Positions 39,318-48,292 of a DNA stretch of 64,000 nt are shown piece by piece; within the stretch, counting starts at the first letter, position 1, and each line of letters starts with the position of its first letter. The translations under genes were made by a program, and so were the position numbers. Source of the DNA: Candidatus Multivoradales bacterium (GTDB lineage Bacteria > Acidobacteriota > Thermoanaerobaculia > Multivoradales > Multivoraceae); contig CBDCWI010000001.1 of the NCBI GenBank assembly GCA_965223325.1, positions 1,152,001 through 1,216,000 on the forward strand, given 5' to 3'. Below the pieces are notes generated by a model, which saw nothing but the letters and a program-made list of their open reading frames with translations, ran no database searches and was not told where the DNA came from.

Positions 39318-40658
39318 CTAGGCCGGTTCGGCCGGCTCGATCGAACGGCCGATGGCCAGATTGAGACCGACTCCAGCAAGCACCGCGAGCACCACGGGAT
39401 TGGTCACGATGAGTGCGACTGCCGTGGGCAAGGCGTCAAGCCACTCCCTCCCGAGACCGTTCTGCATGTAGCCGGGGACTGCCAGCGCAAGGACGAGCGT
39501 CAGGCCCACGACGAACTCATGGTTGCGACCGCGCCCGCTCTCGATCCCGGCGCTGATCAACCGTAGCCCAGAGACGACGATCATGCCGCACACCAGAACA
39601 AAAACTCCTCCCAGAACGGGCCGCGGCAGGGCGACCAGGAGCGCTCCGAACTTCGGGCACAGGCCGTAGAGAATCAAGATCAAGGCGGCGACCTGGACGA
39701 CGAAGCGACTGGCGATGCGAGTGGTGCCGATAATGCCAATGTTCTGCGTGTAGCTGGTGCACGGCATGCCGCCGAGTACTGCCGAGATGACGCAGCCGAT
39801 GCCTTCGGCGAAGATCCCGCGATTCATGTGCCGGTCCTCGAACTCGACCCGGGCGACCTCGCAGGTCGCCGCGTAGTCGCCGATCGACTCGACCGCCGAA
39901 CCCAGATAGCCGATCAAGATCACCGAGGTCGCGGCAAGCGAAACCGCCCACCCGTCGATGGGCCCGCCGAACGGAAACAGCCTTGGTAGGGCAAACCAGG
40001 GCCGCGACGCGACCAACTGCCAGTCGACGAGGCCGAGCGCACTGCCGATTCCCAGGCCAACGAGCCAGATCGACACAAAGATCGACGCCTGCGCAACGAG
40101 CCCGTTCGCGACAGTTCGCAAAACGGTGTGGCAAAAGAGCACCAGGGCGATCACCGCACCGGCAAGGGCGAGGTTGACCGCTTGGCCATCGCCAATCGAA
40201 AGGCGCACCGCCAGGCTCCCCAGGCTGAGGCCAATGACAACCACCACGATCCCGGTCACGGTCGGTGGCAGAAAGCGTCGCAAGAGTCCGGGCAGCCTCG
40301 CTGCGCCGGCGGCCGCCTCGAGCATGCCGCCCACCACGATGCCGCCCCACATCGCCGGCGCACCGACCTGGGCGGCGACCGGCGCCAGGGTACCGATCAG
40401 AGTCGCCGAAGGACCCTGCACGATGGGCAGGCGATTGCCGAAGGTTGTCTGAGCTAAGGTCGCCACCCCCATCGCAACCAGGCCAAAGTTGATCAGGTTG
40501 GCCGACTCGGCATCAGTAAAGCCTGTTGCTGCTGCCACCGCCAGGGGCAGAACGAAGGGCGAGATGTCGACCAGGGTGTGCTGCCACCCAAAGAGAATCG
40601 ACTGCCACCAGGCACGCGGGCGATCCTCGACTCCGAGGACCAGAGGCCTAGGAGACAC
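39318..40658 (-). CDS. NCS2 (uracil/xanthine) permease
   Basis: GWQH, GNRLPIVQGPS, ESIGD, TSYTQNIGIIGTTRIASR signature, LPRPVLGG. Confidence 0.9.
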   Translation of the reverse strand: MSPRPLVLGVEDRPRAWWQSILFGWQHTLVDISPFVLPLAVAAATGFTDAESANLINFGLVAMGVATLAQTTFGNRLPIVQGPSATLIGTLAPVAAQVGAPAMWGGIVVGGMLEAAAGAARLPGLLRRFLPPTVTGIVVVVIGLSLGSLAVRLSIGDGQAVNLALAGAVIALVLFCHTVLRTVANGLVAQASIFVSIWLVGLGIGSALGLVDWQLVASRPWFALPRLFPFGGPIDGWAVSLAATSVILIGYLGSAVESIGDYAATCEVARVEFEDRHMNRGIFAEGIGCVISAVLGGMPCTSYTQNIGIIGTTRIASRFVVQVAALILILYGLCPKFGALLVALPRPVLGGVFVLVCGMIVVSGLRLISAGIESGRGRNHEFVVGLTLVLALAVPGYMQNGLGREWLDALPTAVALIVTNPVVLAVLAGVGLNLAIGRSIEPAEPA

Positions 40659-42117
40659 GCGCCCGGCTCCCGCGCATCATCAACAGGTATGTCGCGCCGG
40701 CGAGAACGAAGCCAACAAACCACGAGTAGACGTAGAGCGAATCGAAAAGGGCTGGAACATCAGAAACCCAACCCGCCGCAGCCAGGAAACCCGGCACGTT
40801 GGGCGCCACCCCGATGACCAGCGCAATGAGGGCCGCAAGGTTGTAGCCGTTCTGGTAGCCGTAGAGCCCGTCGTGACGGTAGAGCGCCTCGACGTCGAGC
40901 GTGGTGCGGCGCAGGAGATAGTAGTCGGCCAGCACGATGCCGCCGATCGGACCGAGTAGAGCCGAATACCCGACGAGCCAGGTGAAGATGTAGCCCTGGC
41001 TCGACTCGATGAGCTTCCAGGGAAGAATGACCGCACCCAGAAGAGCGGCCACCAGGCCACCAGCGCGAAACGAGAAACGCCGTGGGTCGAGGTTGACCAG
41101 TGCGTTCGCCGGCGAGACGACGTTGGCGGCCAGGTTGGTCGATAGCGTGGCCAGAGTCAGTGCGACCAGCGACAAGAAGACCGCCACCCCACCGTCGAGA
41201 CGACCGAGGAGTACCGTCGGGTCGGGAATCGGCTCGCCGAAGATCACCACCGTTGCCGCGGTCACCGCCACTCCGATGAACGAGAAGAGCATCATGAACA
41301 CTGGCAGGCCAATCGCCTGCCCGAGGACCTGCGCTCGCTGGCCGGTGGCGTAGCGGGTGAAGTCTGGAATGTTGAGCGACAGCGTCGCCCAGAACCCGAC
41401 CATGCCGGTCAAGCCAGGCAGAAACACACCCAGGAACTGCCCTTCCCTGGCACCGCCCGGGCCGAACTGCGACGGTACTGAGAGCATCGCTCCAAAGCCG
41501 TCGGCGCGCGAGTAGGCCCAGGCCAGAAGACCGAGGCCCATCACGATGAGGAGCGGCGCCGCCCAGCTCTCGAGAACCTTGATCGACTCCATTCCGCGCC
41601 ACACGATCACCACCTGCAGCAGCCAGAAGGCGAGAAAACAAGCCAGCTCCGCTAGATTGATTCCCAGAACCGGCAGGTCAGGACCACCGAGGGGTAAGGC
41701 CGAACTCCCGCCACCGAAGAGCGCTGCGGTGAGTTGGTAGATCGCCGAACCGCCAATCCAGGTCTGGATGCCGAACCATCCGCAGGCCACCAGGCCGCGC
41801 AGGAGCGCGGCGACATTGGCACCACGGGTTCCGAAACTGGCGCGGGCCAGAACCGGAAACGGAATGCCGTAGCGCGCGCCGGCGTGACCACACAGAAGCA
41901 TCGGTACCAACACGATGAGGTTGCCCAGCCCCACGGTCAGCACCGCCTGCCACCAGTTCATGCCCAGCTCGATGAGCCCACCGGCCAGCATGTAGGTCGG
42001 AACGCAAGCGACCATCCCGATCCACAACGATGCCATGTGGCGGGTACCCCAGGTCCGCTCTTCGGGCGTCGTCGGCCGCAGGTCTTGATTGATCAGGTGC
42101 GGGTCAGCGTTCCTCAC
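40648..42117 (-). CDS. NCS1 (nucleobase/allantoin/hydantoin:cation symporter-1) permease
   Basis: YGIPFPVLARASFG, ACGWFGIQTW, WATLSLNIPDFTRY, NLAANVVSPA, PWKL. Confidence 0.92.
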   Translation of the reverse strand: MRNADPHLINQDLRPTTPEERTWGTRHMASLWIGMVACVPTYMLAGGLIELGMNWWQAVLTVGLGNLIVLVPMLLCGHAGARYGIPFPVLARASFGTRGANVAALLRGLVACGWFGIQTWIGGSAIYQLTAALFGGGSSALPLGGPDLPVLGINLAELACFLAFWLLQVVIVWRGMESIKVLESWAAPLLIVMGLGLLAWAYSRADGFGAMLSVPSQFGPGGAREGQFLGVFLPGLTGMVGFWATLSLNIPDFTRYATGQRAQVLGQAIGLPVFMMLFSFIGVAVTAATVVIFGEPIPDPTVLLGRLDGGVAVFLSLVALTLATLSTNLAANVVSPANALVNLDPRRFSFRAGGLVAALLGAVILPWKLIESSQGYIFTWLVGYSALLGPIGGIVLADYYLLRRTTLDVEALYRHDGLYGYQNGYNLAALIALVIGVAPNVPGFLAAAGWVSDVPALFDSLYVYSWFVGFVLAGATYLLMMRGSRARVS

Positions 42118-42181
42118 GGTTCTCCTGTACCACTGGTTCGGGGAAAGACTCGGGCGAGCCTACATGTCGGGCCCTTGGAGG

Positions 42182-43507
42182 TCAGCCGAGAGGCGACACG
42201 GCGCGAAAGGTCGCCCAGGTGCGCAACGCCTCGCGCAGCTCTTCGTCGCTCAAACCAATCCAGTGAAGAAGCGATGGGTAGTCGGTCGGTCCGCCGCGAA
42301 CCGCAGCGTCGAGGAACAGAGTGAACGCACTTTGGTGTTCCTCGACCAGAAAGCGCACCAGAAACCCCAGCTCGACGTAGATCTCGCCTCGGTTGGGAGC
42401 GTAGGTGAGCTCGGGCCAGGTCAAGTCCGCCAGGCGGTCGAGCTGCGGCCCTGATTCGCGCCGCCACCGGTCGAGGGCCTGGCCAAGTGCCACCCGCGGA
42501 CCCTGAACCAGAAGCTCGCGGGTGGTTCGAGTTCGGCCCGAGTCTTCACGCACGGTCTCGCTGTGTTCCTCCGTCTGACCGCGGAGTCGATCTCCCGCGA
42601 CGACACCCTCAGGCGAAACCATGATGAGCGAGAAGTCTTCCGCCAACCCCTCTTCGAGCCAGGGCGGCAGCTCGTAGGGGAAGGCACGTTCGGCGAAGAG
42701 GTGCGCTGCCTCGTGAAGCAGGATGGCGGCGAAGTCGGGGAACGTCCCCTCCCCCACCCACATCGCCGCGACCCCGCCCGCAGCGTGGCCGCCAATGTCG
42801 AGCCCGGCAACCAGACTCTCGGCATTGGTGTAGTCGTCGAAATCAGAACGCTCAGAAAAGAGCACCAGGACCTGACGGAACTTCGCTTGCTCTGAAGCGT
42901 GAGCGGCGTAGCGCTCTTCATAGACGGCAACGAGCTGTTCGCCCACTCGCCGCAGCACGTTCATGAAACCCGAGTCCCGCGGCAGGTCGGTCAAGAGCTC
43001 GAAGGGCCCCAACCGCTCCGCAGCGACGGGTGCACCGAGCCGCTCGCTGAGAATGCTCACCGCCCGTTCCAGGCGCAGCGGATCGACGGCTTCGAGCTGG
43101 GCCCGTGGACGGGGCCTCCGGTCAGCGCCGGTTCCGGGTTCCAGCTCGCTATTTCGAGGGTCCTGGGGCGGACCCACCCACACCGCGCGGTCGTGGTGCC
43201 GAACCCTCGTCCACGCGCCCCGTCGTTCGAGAATCTCGGCTTCGGCCGCGTGTTCGAGCCGTCCCAGACGCAGCGATTGCTCGCTGGGTTCGCTCCAGAG
43301 TTTTGTTCCCACCGGCAGGTGGAGGGTGGCGGCCGGCGCCCCAAACCCAGGGGCGGGGCGGCCGAGGACCGGTGGGTCGCTGGTGGCCTCCTGGGCGTTC
43401 GGCTGTTCCTGAGCCATGCCTCCGGATCCGAGACTCGTGGAAAGAAGAAAGAAGAGTCCTGCCAGCAACAAGCGACGGGCCCGTCGCCGCGCTCGCCACC
43501 GATTCAC
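42182..43507 (-). CDS. Exported protein with SH3-like segment and HExxH zincin (peptidase MA/DUF1570-like) domain
   Basis: GTG start overlapping upstream TGA; LWSEPSEQSLRLGRL...EILERRGAWTRV; LLHEAAHLF...PPWLEEGLAE. Confidence 0.65.
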   Translation of the reverse strand: MNRWRARRRARRLLLAGLFFLLSTSLGSGGMAQEQPNAQEATSDPPVLGRPAPGFGAPAATLHLPVGTKLWSEPSEQSLRLGRLEHAAEAEILERRGAWTRVRHHDRAVWVGPPQDPRNSELEPGTGADRRPRPRAQLEAVDPLRLERAVSILSERLGAPVAAERLGPFELLTDLPRDSGFMNVLRRVGEQLVAVYEERYAAHASEQAKFRQVLVLFSERSDFDDYTNAESLVAGLDIGGHAAGGVAAMWVGEGTFPDFAAILLHEAAHLFAERAFPYELPPWLEEGLAEDFSLIMVSPEGVVAGDRLRGQTEEHSETVREDSGRTRTTRELLVQGPRVALGQALDRWRRESGPQLDRLADLTWPELTYAPNRGEIYVELGFLVRFLVEEHQSAFTLFLDAAVRGGPTDYPSLLHWIGLSDEELREALRTWATFRAVSPLG

Positions 43508-44853
43508 GGAACCTCCGCCAGACCACGAACACCCGACGTGAGCCGGAGTTCCTGCGGTAACCACTTGCCCTCGACCCACAACATGCGTTGACTCTTGACC
43601 TGGCGCTCGAGTCTCTTGAGACCACGGCCAAGGGCGGGCAGGTCATCGACCAGGGTCACGTTGCTCCACTGGCTCTCGGTCAAGGACTCGCCCACCTGCC
43701 AGACCACCAGCGGCACACGAAGTTGCTCGAGGTACTCCTCGACTTGCCGGGGCCAGAGTTGACCTTTGGCTGCTGGTTTGTCGCCGAGGACCAACAGAAC
43801 CGCGCGGCGATGGTTGCGCTGCGCGGCGGTCATGCCCGCAACCGCCACGGCGTCGGCCAGGCGCTGGTCGCTGGCGATGCCGCGTTCATAGTGCACGCGG
43901 CTGAGCAGCCACAACCATCCGGCATCTTTGGCGTCGATCTCGGGTGAGGACGGGAAGAGGTTGGAGTGCGTTCCGTCGGAGGCGATGCGTCGTTCCGGCC
44001 AGGCCGCCAGCAAGAAAACCCGCGCATCGCCCTGCAGCGGCAGGAACTGCCGCATGTGATCACTGGTCGGCACCTGGCCAAGTGGTGACCCAGACTGGCG
44101 GTAGGACGAGGCCTTGCGCTGGAACATTCGCGACAGGCCCTGCTGCGCGGTGATGTCTCTGACCACCACAATGTCGACCGGACCTTTGTCCGAACCCACC
44201 ACCGGAAGCGCGCCGCGCGGGCTGAGGATGGTGTCTTGCATCTCGGCGAGTTCGGGAAGCCTGCGCCGGCCATCGAGCCGCACCGGAAGCGCTGTTAGTT
44301 CACTGCTCACTCGATCGGCGTAGAAGCCCCCGAAGGTGAGTTCTGCCAGCGCCGACACATTGGCTTCGAAGTCCAATTCCGCGCGCAGAAAGTGCAACTG
44401 GTCAGGGTCGTGGGGCGGCAGGGTGATCGCCGCGGGATCATCGAACTCGAGAAGGGTGCCGTCGAACAGCACTCGAATGCTTTCGGGGTCGGTGCCGAGC
44501 ACACTGTCCCAACTCAGGCGAGCGGTGCTGAAGCTGCCGTTCTCGACATCGGGGCGGCGACCGTCGAGAACCAGGCCGGCGTCGGCCATCGGCCCCGGAA
44601 GGTTGATCCACTGCTCGCTGCGGCCGATCTCGAGGCCGTCTTCGGCGAACGCCACGGCGACCAGCCGATGCGGGAGCAGCCGCTCACCGAAGTCGCAGTC
44701 GACCGTCCAGGGCTCGCCCTCGAGACGCGCGAGCAGCTCGCCGTCGAGGCGAACCTCGACCGCGGCCACCTCGTGCGAAACGGCAAGGTCGATGCTCTGG
44801 GGCCCGAGAACCAGGCCCAGAAACACCGTCAGAAAGGAAATAGCTCCGTCCAT
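43504..44853 (-). CDS. Ig-like plus degenerate VWA-like domain protein
   Basis: AVEVRLDGELLARL..EPWTVDCDFG...HRLVAVAF (Ig-like); C-terminal alpha/beta RLADAVAVAG...RRAVLLVLGD. Confidence 0.6.
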   Translation of the reverse strand: MDGAISFLTVFLGLVLGPQSIDLAVSHEVAAVEVRLDGELLARLEGEPWTVDCDFGERLLPHRLVAVAFAEDGLEIGRSEQWINLPGPMADAGLVLDGRRPDVENGSFSTARLSWDSVLGTDPESIRVLFDGTLLEFDDPAAITLPPHDPDQLHFLRAELDFEANVSALAELTFGGFYADRVSSELTALPVRLDGRRRLPELAEMQDTILSPRGALPVVGSDKGPVDIVVVRDITAQQGLSRMFQRKASSYRQSGSPLGQVPTSDHMRQFLPLQGDARVFLLAAWPERRIASDGTHSNLFPSSPEIDAKDAGWLWLLSRVHYERGIASDQRLADAVAVAGMTAAQRNHRRAVLLVLGDKPAAKGQLWPRQVEEYLEQLRVPLVVWQVGESLTESQWSNVTLVDDLPALGRGLKRLERQVKSQRMLWVEGKWLPQELRLTSGVRGLAEVP

Positions 44854-45046
44854 CGGCTGCTGTCGGCGCTGCCAACGTCCACCACGACCGCTACAGCAGG
44901 AAACTCCTTTCGATAAACTTGCGCTTCTTGTTCAAACCCCATCGAAGAGGTCTTCCTCTTGCCTGGCTGCGGCCGAAGCACGGCGACCCCGTCAGGCGTT
45001 GAGCTGCCGAACTCAAGAGACAAACCGCGGCCTCATTGGAGCGATC

Positions 45047-46813
45047 ATGAAGTCTATCTGCCCAACCTCTCGGAGCGTTTTCCTCGTTTTCGGGCTGCTC
45101 GCGTTGTGCGGCGTCGTACCTATCGCGGCGCAGGAGGAGGGGGAACGCACCGCGCCGCCGCGCATTTTCGTAGAAACGGTCAACGTCGATGTGGTGAATG
45201 TCGATGTGTACGTGCGCGACAAGGAGGGGAACCCGATCACTGGCCTCACGAAGGATGACTTCGAGATGGAAGTCGACGGGCGGCCGGTAGCGATCAGCAA
45301 CTTCTACGCCGTCAACGGTGACCGCCGCAAGCTGGTTCGCCGAGGTGCCGAGATCGAGCTCAACTCCGAGCGCCAGCAGGAGGCTCCCGAGGCAGCAGAT
45401 CCTGAACCCGACACCACCCCGCCGCCTCCTCCGCCACCAACTCCGGAACAAGAGCTGCTGGTGGTCGTCTACATCGACAACTTCAACCTCACGCCGTTCA
45501 ACCGCAACCGCGTGATGCGCGAGCTGCGCGCCTTCTTGCGCGACCAGCTAAGCCCCGACGATCGCATCATGCTGGCGACCTACGACAGGTTCTTGAACCT
45601 GCGGCAGCCATTCACCAACAATCCGCAAACGGTCAACCGCGAGCTCCTCGAGCTCGAAGACGAGTCGGCGCAGCGTATTCATCGCAACAGTGAACGCAAC
45701 GACATCATCTCCAACCTCAACGACGTCGAGCTCGACAACAACGATCCGTCGTTCGCAGTGACCCAGTTGATGGGCTATGTGGGTTCGGTCTTCAACGATA
45801 TGAACGTGACCGTTGATGCCCTCCACTCGGTGGTCGAGAACCTCGCGGCGTCACCGGGCCGCAAGGCGCTGGTCTATGTCTCAGACGGCGTGCCGATGAT
45901 CGCCGGCGAAGATATGTTCCACCTCGTCAACGGGCTCTACGAGAACAGCGTGACCCTGACGTCGCTCACCGAGTACGACTTGTCGGGGCGCTTTCGCGAG
46001 CTCTCCAACAAGGCCAACGCGAACCGGGTGAGTTTCTACACCATCGACGCCCGTGGGCTTACGGTCAACTCGCAAGGTACGGTCGACCAGGCCAACGCCG
46101 GTATCGCTGGCCAGGCGTCGTTCATCGACCAGATCCGCAACAGCAACATGCAGAGTCCTCTGCAGATGTTGGCCGAAGAAACCGGTGGGCGTGCGATCAT
46201 CAACACCAACAAGTTCCTCCCGGACCTGCAGAAGATCGCTACCGACTTCGACTTCTACTACTCGCTCGGCTACACCCCGGCAAAGGGTGGCGACGGGCGA
46301 TACCACGACATCAAGGTCAAGCTGAAGAACAAGCCGCGAGGCACCGAGGTCCGTCACCGCAGTGGCTATCGCGACAAGTCGATCGAGTCGCAGATGGTTG
46401 ACGGCACACTTTCGGCGCTGCACTTGAACCTGCAGCTGAATCCCATCGGGGCGCGGATTATTTTCGGTCCGCCTGAGGCGGCCGGAGCGGGAACGTACAA
46501 GCAGCCGATGATTGTCGCGGTGCCGTGGGAGAGCCTGACTCTGATTCCGAGGAATGGGATCTACCAGGGCAGCCTGCGATTGTGGGTGGTGGCGAAAGAC
46601 GAGGAAGACAAGTCGAGCGAACCGCAGGAGATCCTGGTGGACATTGCGGTGCCCGAAGGTGAGTTGGAGGAGGCGAAGACGAAGCCCTGGGGGTACAAGT
46701 TGGAGCTCAACATGGAGGGGGGTTATCACGACGTTGCGATCGGGGTGCGTGATGATCTTGGGGCTACTAAGACTTTTCTTCGTGAAGGGGTTCGGTTGCC
46801 TTCGCGTGGTTAG
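45047..46813 (+). CDS. Acidobacterial-type VWA domain protein
   Basis: Signal peptide; VNVDVYVRDKEGNPITGLTKDDF, GRKALVYVSDG, YTIDARGL, LAEETGG, YYSLGYTP, YHDIKVK, RHRSGY. Confidence 0.88.
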   Translation: MKSICPTSRSVFLVFGLLALCGVVPIAAQEEGERTAPPRIFVETVNVDVVNVDVYVRDKEGNPITGLTKDDFEMEVDGRPVAISNFYAVNGDRRKLVRRGAEIELNSERQQEAPEAADPEPDTTPPPPPPPTPEQELLVVVYIDNFNLTPFNRNRVMRELRAFLRDQLSPDDRIMLATYDRFLNLRQPFTNNPQTVNRELLELEDESAQRIHRNSERNDIISNLNDVELDNNDPSFAVTQLMGYVGSVFNDMNVTVDALHSVVENLAASPGRKALVYVSDGVPMIAGEDMFHLVNGLYENSVTLTSLTEYDLSGRFRELSNKANANRVSFYTIDARGLTVNSQGTVDQANAGIAGQASFIDQIRNSNMQSPLQMLAEETGGRAIINTNKFLPDLQKIATDFDFYYSLGYTPAKGGDGRYHDIKVKLKNKPRGTEVRHRSGYRDKSIESQMVDGTLSALHLNLQLNPIGARIIFGPPEAAGAGTYKQPMIVAVPWESLTLIPRNGIYQGSLRLWVVAKDEEDKSSEPQEILVDIAVPEGELEEAKTKPWGYKLELNMEGGYHDVAIGVRDDLGATKTFLREGVRLPSRG

Positions 46814-46818
46814 TGCTT

Positions 46819-46916
46819 GATTCGATTCGGATCCGGATCGGATGGATTCGGATCGATTCGGATCGATTCGGATCGGACGGATCGGAGGTCGGACGGGTCG
46901 GAATGGGTGGGTTGGG
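46819..46916. repeat. Low-complexity GATTCG/GATCG tract grading into G-runs
   Basis: GATTCGGATC x3 perfect at 46845-46874; GGG runs at 46895, 46905, 46909, 46914. Confidence 0.9.
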
Positions 46917-46921
46917 TCTTG

Positions 46922-47158
46922 GACTCCGCCGCGTCGGAACGGAAGACACGCGGTACGGCACGGCGGCGCTTCGCGGAACTGCGATGGGTGGCGCCGCCTG
47001 CGCTCTCCGGCCGCGTGGACCTGCCGAGGACTTCCTAGGTCCGTGCTCTTGCGACCTCCGAGAGCACCTCCCACGTGTCTTCCGTCCCGACGCTCTCGAC
47101 CGAAGGACGCAACGCCGGTATGGGGGGTGGCCGGAGAAGGTACTGCCCGAGGGCTTGC
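46922..47158 (-). repeat. Structured intergenic repeat, copy 1
   Basis: Near-identical to 47226-47458 (offset 304); 23-bp inverted arms at 46931-46953 and 47071-47093. Confidence 0.9.
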
Positions 47159-47225
47159 GAAGCGACCTTTGTACAGTGCTACTTCGATAGGCCTCTGTTC
47201 GGGTGGATGGTGGGTGGGGGTCTCA

Positions 47226-47458
47226 GACTCCGCCGCGTCGGAACGGAAGACACGCGGTACGGCACGGCGGCGCTTCGCGGAACTGCGATGGGTGGCGCCG
47301 CCTGCGCTCTCCGGCCGCGTGAAGCTGCCGAAGAATTCGAAGGTCCCTGCTCTTGCGACCTCCGAGAGCACCTCCCACGCGTCTTCCGTCCCGACGCTCT
47401 CGACCGATGTTCGCAGCGCCGTTCTGGGGGTGGTGGCCGGAGAAGGTACTGCCCGAGG
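47226..47458 (-). repeat. Structured intergenic repeat, copy 2
   Basis: Arms at 47235-47257 and 47375-47397. Confidence 0.9.
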
Positions 47459-47541
47459 ACGAACGGGAGGCCCTTCTCGCGCCGCTACGACGGCGGACGT
47501 TCGGGCCGAATGGAAGCTGTCTCTGCCCCGAGGATCGAAAG

Positions 47542-47605
47542 CTCGATCGATGAACGCAACGCCGGTCTGGGGGGTGGACGGAGAAGTTACTGCCCGAGGG
47601 CTTGC
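47542..47605 (-). repeat. Partial third copy (64-bp flank module only)
   Basis: Matches 47095-47158 (CGCAACGCCGGT...GGAGAAG.TACTGCCCGAGGGCTTGC). Confidence 0.85.
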
Positions 47606-47616
47606 TGGGTGGCGCT

Positions 47617-48018
47617 TTAGCTTCGCCAGTTCTCGGTCGACAGTTCCCCGACCTTTCGGAATTCACTCTCGTTGTCGGTAACGAGGATGAGAGAGGCGGA
47701 GAGGGCCTGGGCGGCGATGAGCATGTCGTTCGGGCCGATCGGTTGTCCGGTGCGCTCTAGATCTGCTCTTAGAACGCCGTAGCGCGCTGCTGCTTTGGTG
47801 TCGAAGTCGAGCGCCGCGATGTCTTCCAAGACGCGATCGATCCGTTCGTGACTCTCGTTCCTACGCGCGCTCTTGTCGGCACCGAACCGTAGCTCCGCCA
47901 CCGCGATCGAACTGATTGCCAGATCCTCCGGCGATAGGGTGCGCAGGCGCTGTGCGACGGTCGGGTGGCGACCGGTCAGGAAATCGATCACAACGTTCGT
48001 GTCGAGCAGGTACTTCAA
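47617..48018 (-). CDS. vapC: PIN-domain toxin VapC
   Basis: YLLDTNV, SSIAVAEL, IGPNDMLIAAQAL, LVTDNESEF; overlaps the antitoxin stop by 4 nt. Confidence 0.95.
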   Translation of the reverse strand: MKYLLDTNVVIDFLTGRHPTVAQRLRTLSPEDLAISSIAVAELRFGADKSARRNESHERIDRVLEDIAALDFDTKAAARYGVLRADLERTGQPIGPNDMLIAAQALSASLILVTDNESEFRKVGELSTENWRS

Positions 48019-48251
48019 TCGAAGTCCGGAGCGGGTTCGACTTCAGGAGGATCCTCTGGATAGGGAAACTCTTCTGCCGAGCCGGCCAGTTCGAAGAAGC
48101 CTGAGGACCATCGCTTGCGAAGCGGTTCGAGAATCACCCGCTGGCCCTCTTTGTAGATGAGAACCTCCTCGTCATCGCCGAACCTGTATTTGACCGGGAG
48201 CCGCACGGCCTGACTGCCGCCGCTCTTGAAGATCTTCGCTGTGTCCGCCAT
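48015..48251 (-). CDS. vapB: AbrB/MazE-type antitoxin VapB
   Basis: TAKIFKSGGSQAVRLPVKYRF, acidic C-terminus. Confidence 0.93.
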   Translation of the reverse strand: MADTAKIFKSGGSQAVRLPVKYRFGDDEEVLIYKEGQRVILEPLRKRWSSGFFELAGSAEEFPYPEDPPEVEPAPDFD

Positions 48252-48257
48252 GGCTAG

Positions 48258-48279
48258 AGTATATACGAAATGTATATAC
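48258..48279 (-). promoter_or_regulatory. vapBC promoter/operator: GTATATAC-N5-GTATATAC overlapping a TATACT -10 box
   Basis: Two palindromic octamers at 48259-48266 and 48272-48279; TATACT lies 6 nt before the vapB ATG. Confidence 0.75.
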
Positions 48280-48292
48280 CGTTGGCATGACC

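Noticed and set aside
44336-45046. N-terminal part of the 825-aa ORF 44336..46813
   Set aside because: Overlaps the minus-strand gene 43504..44853; the signal peptide begins at ATG 45047.
45881-47681. ORFs across the 46.8-47.6 kb repeats (45881..47371, 46842..47681, 47075..47620 and others)
   Set aside because: The 304-bp period shifts frame between copies, translations are low-complexity, and conservation follows base pairing rather than codons.
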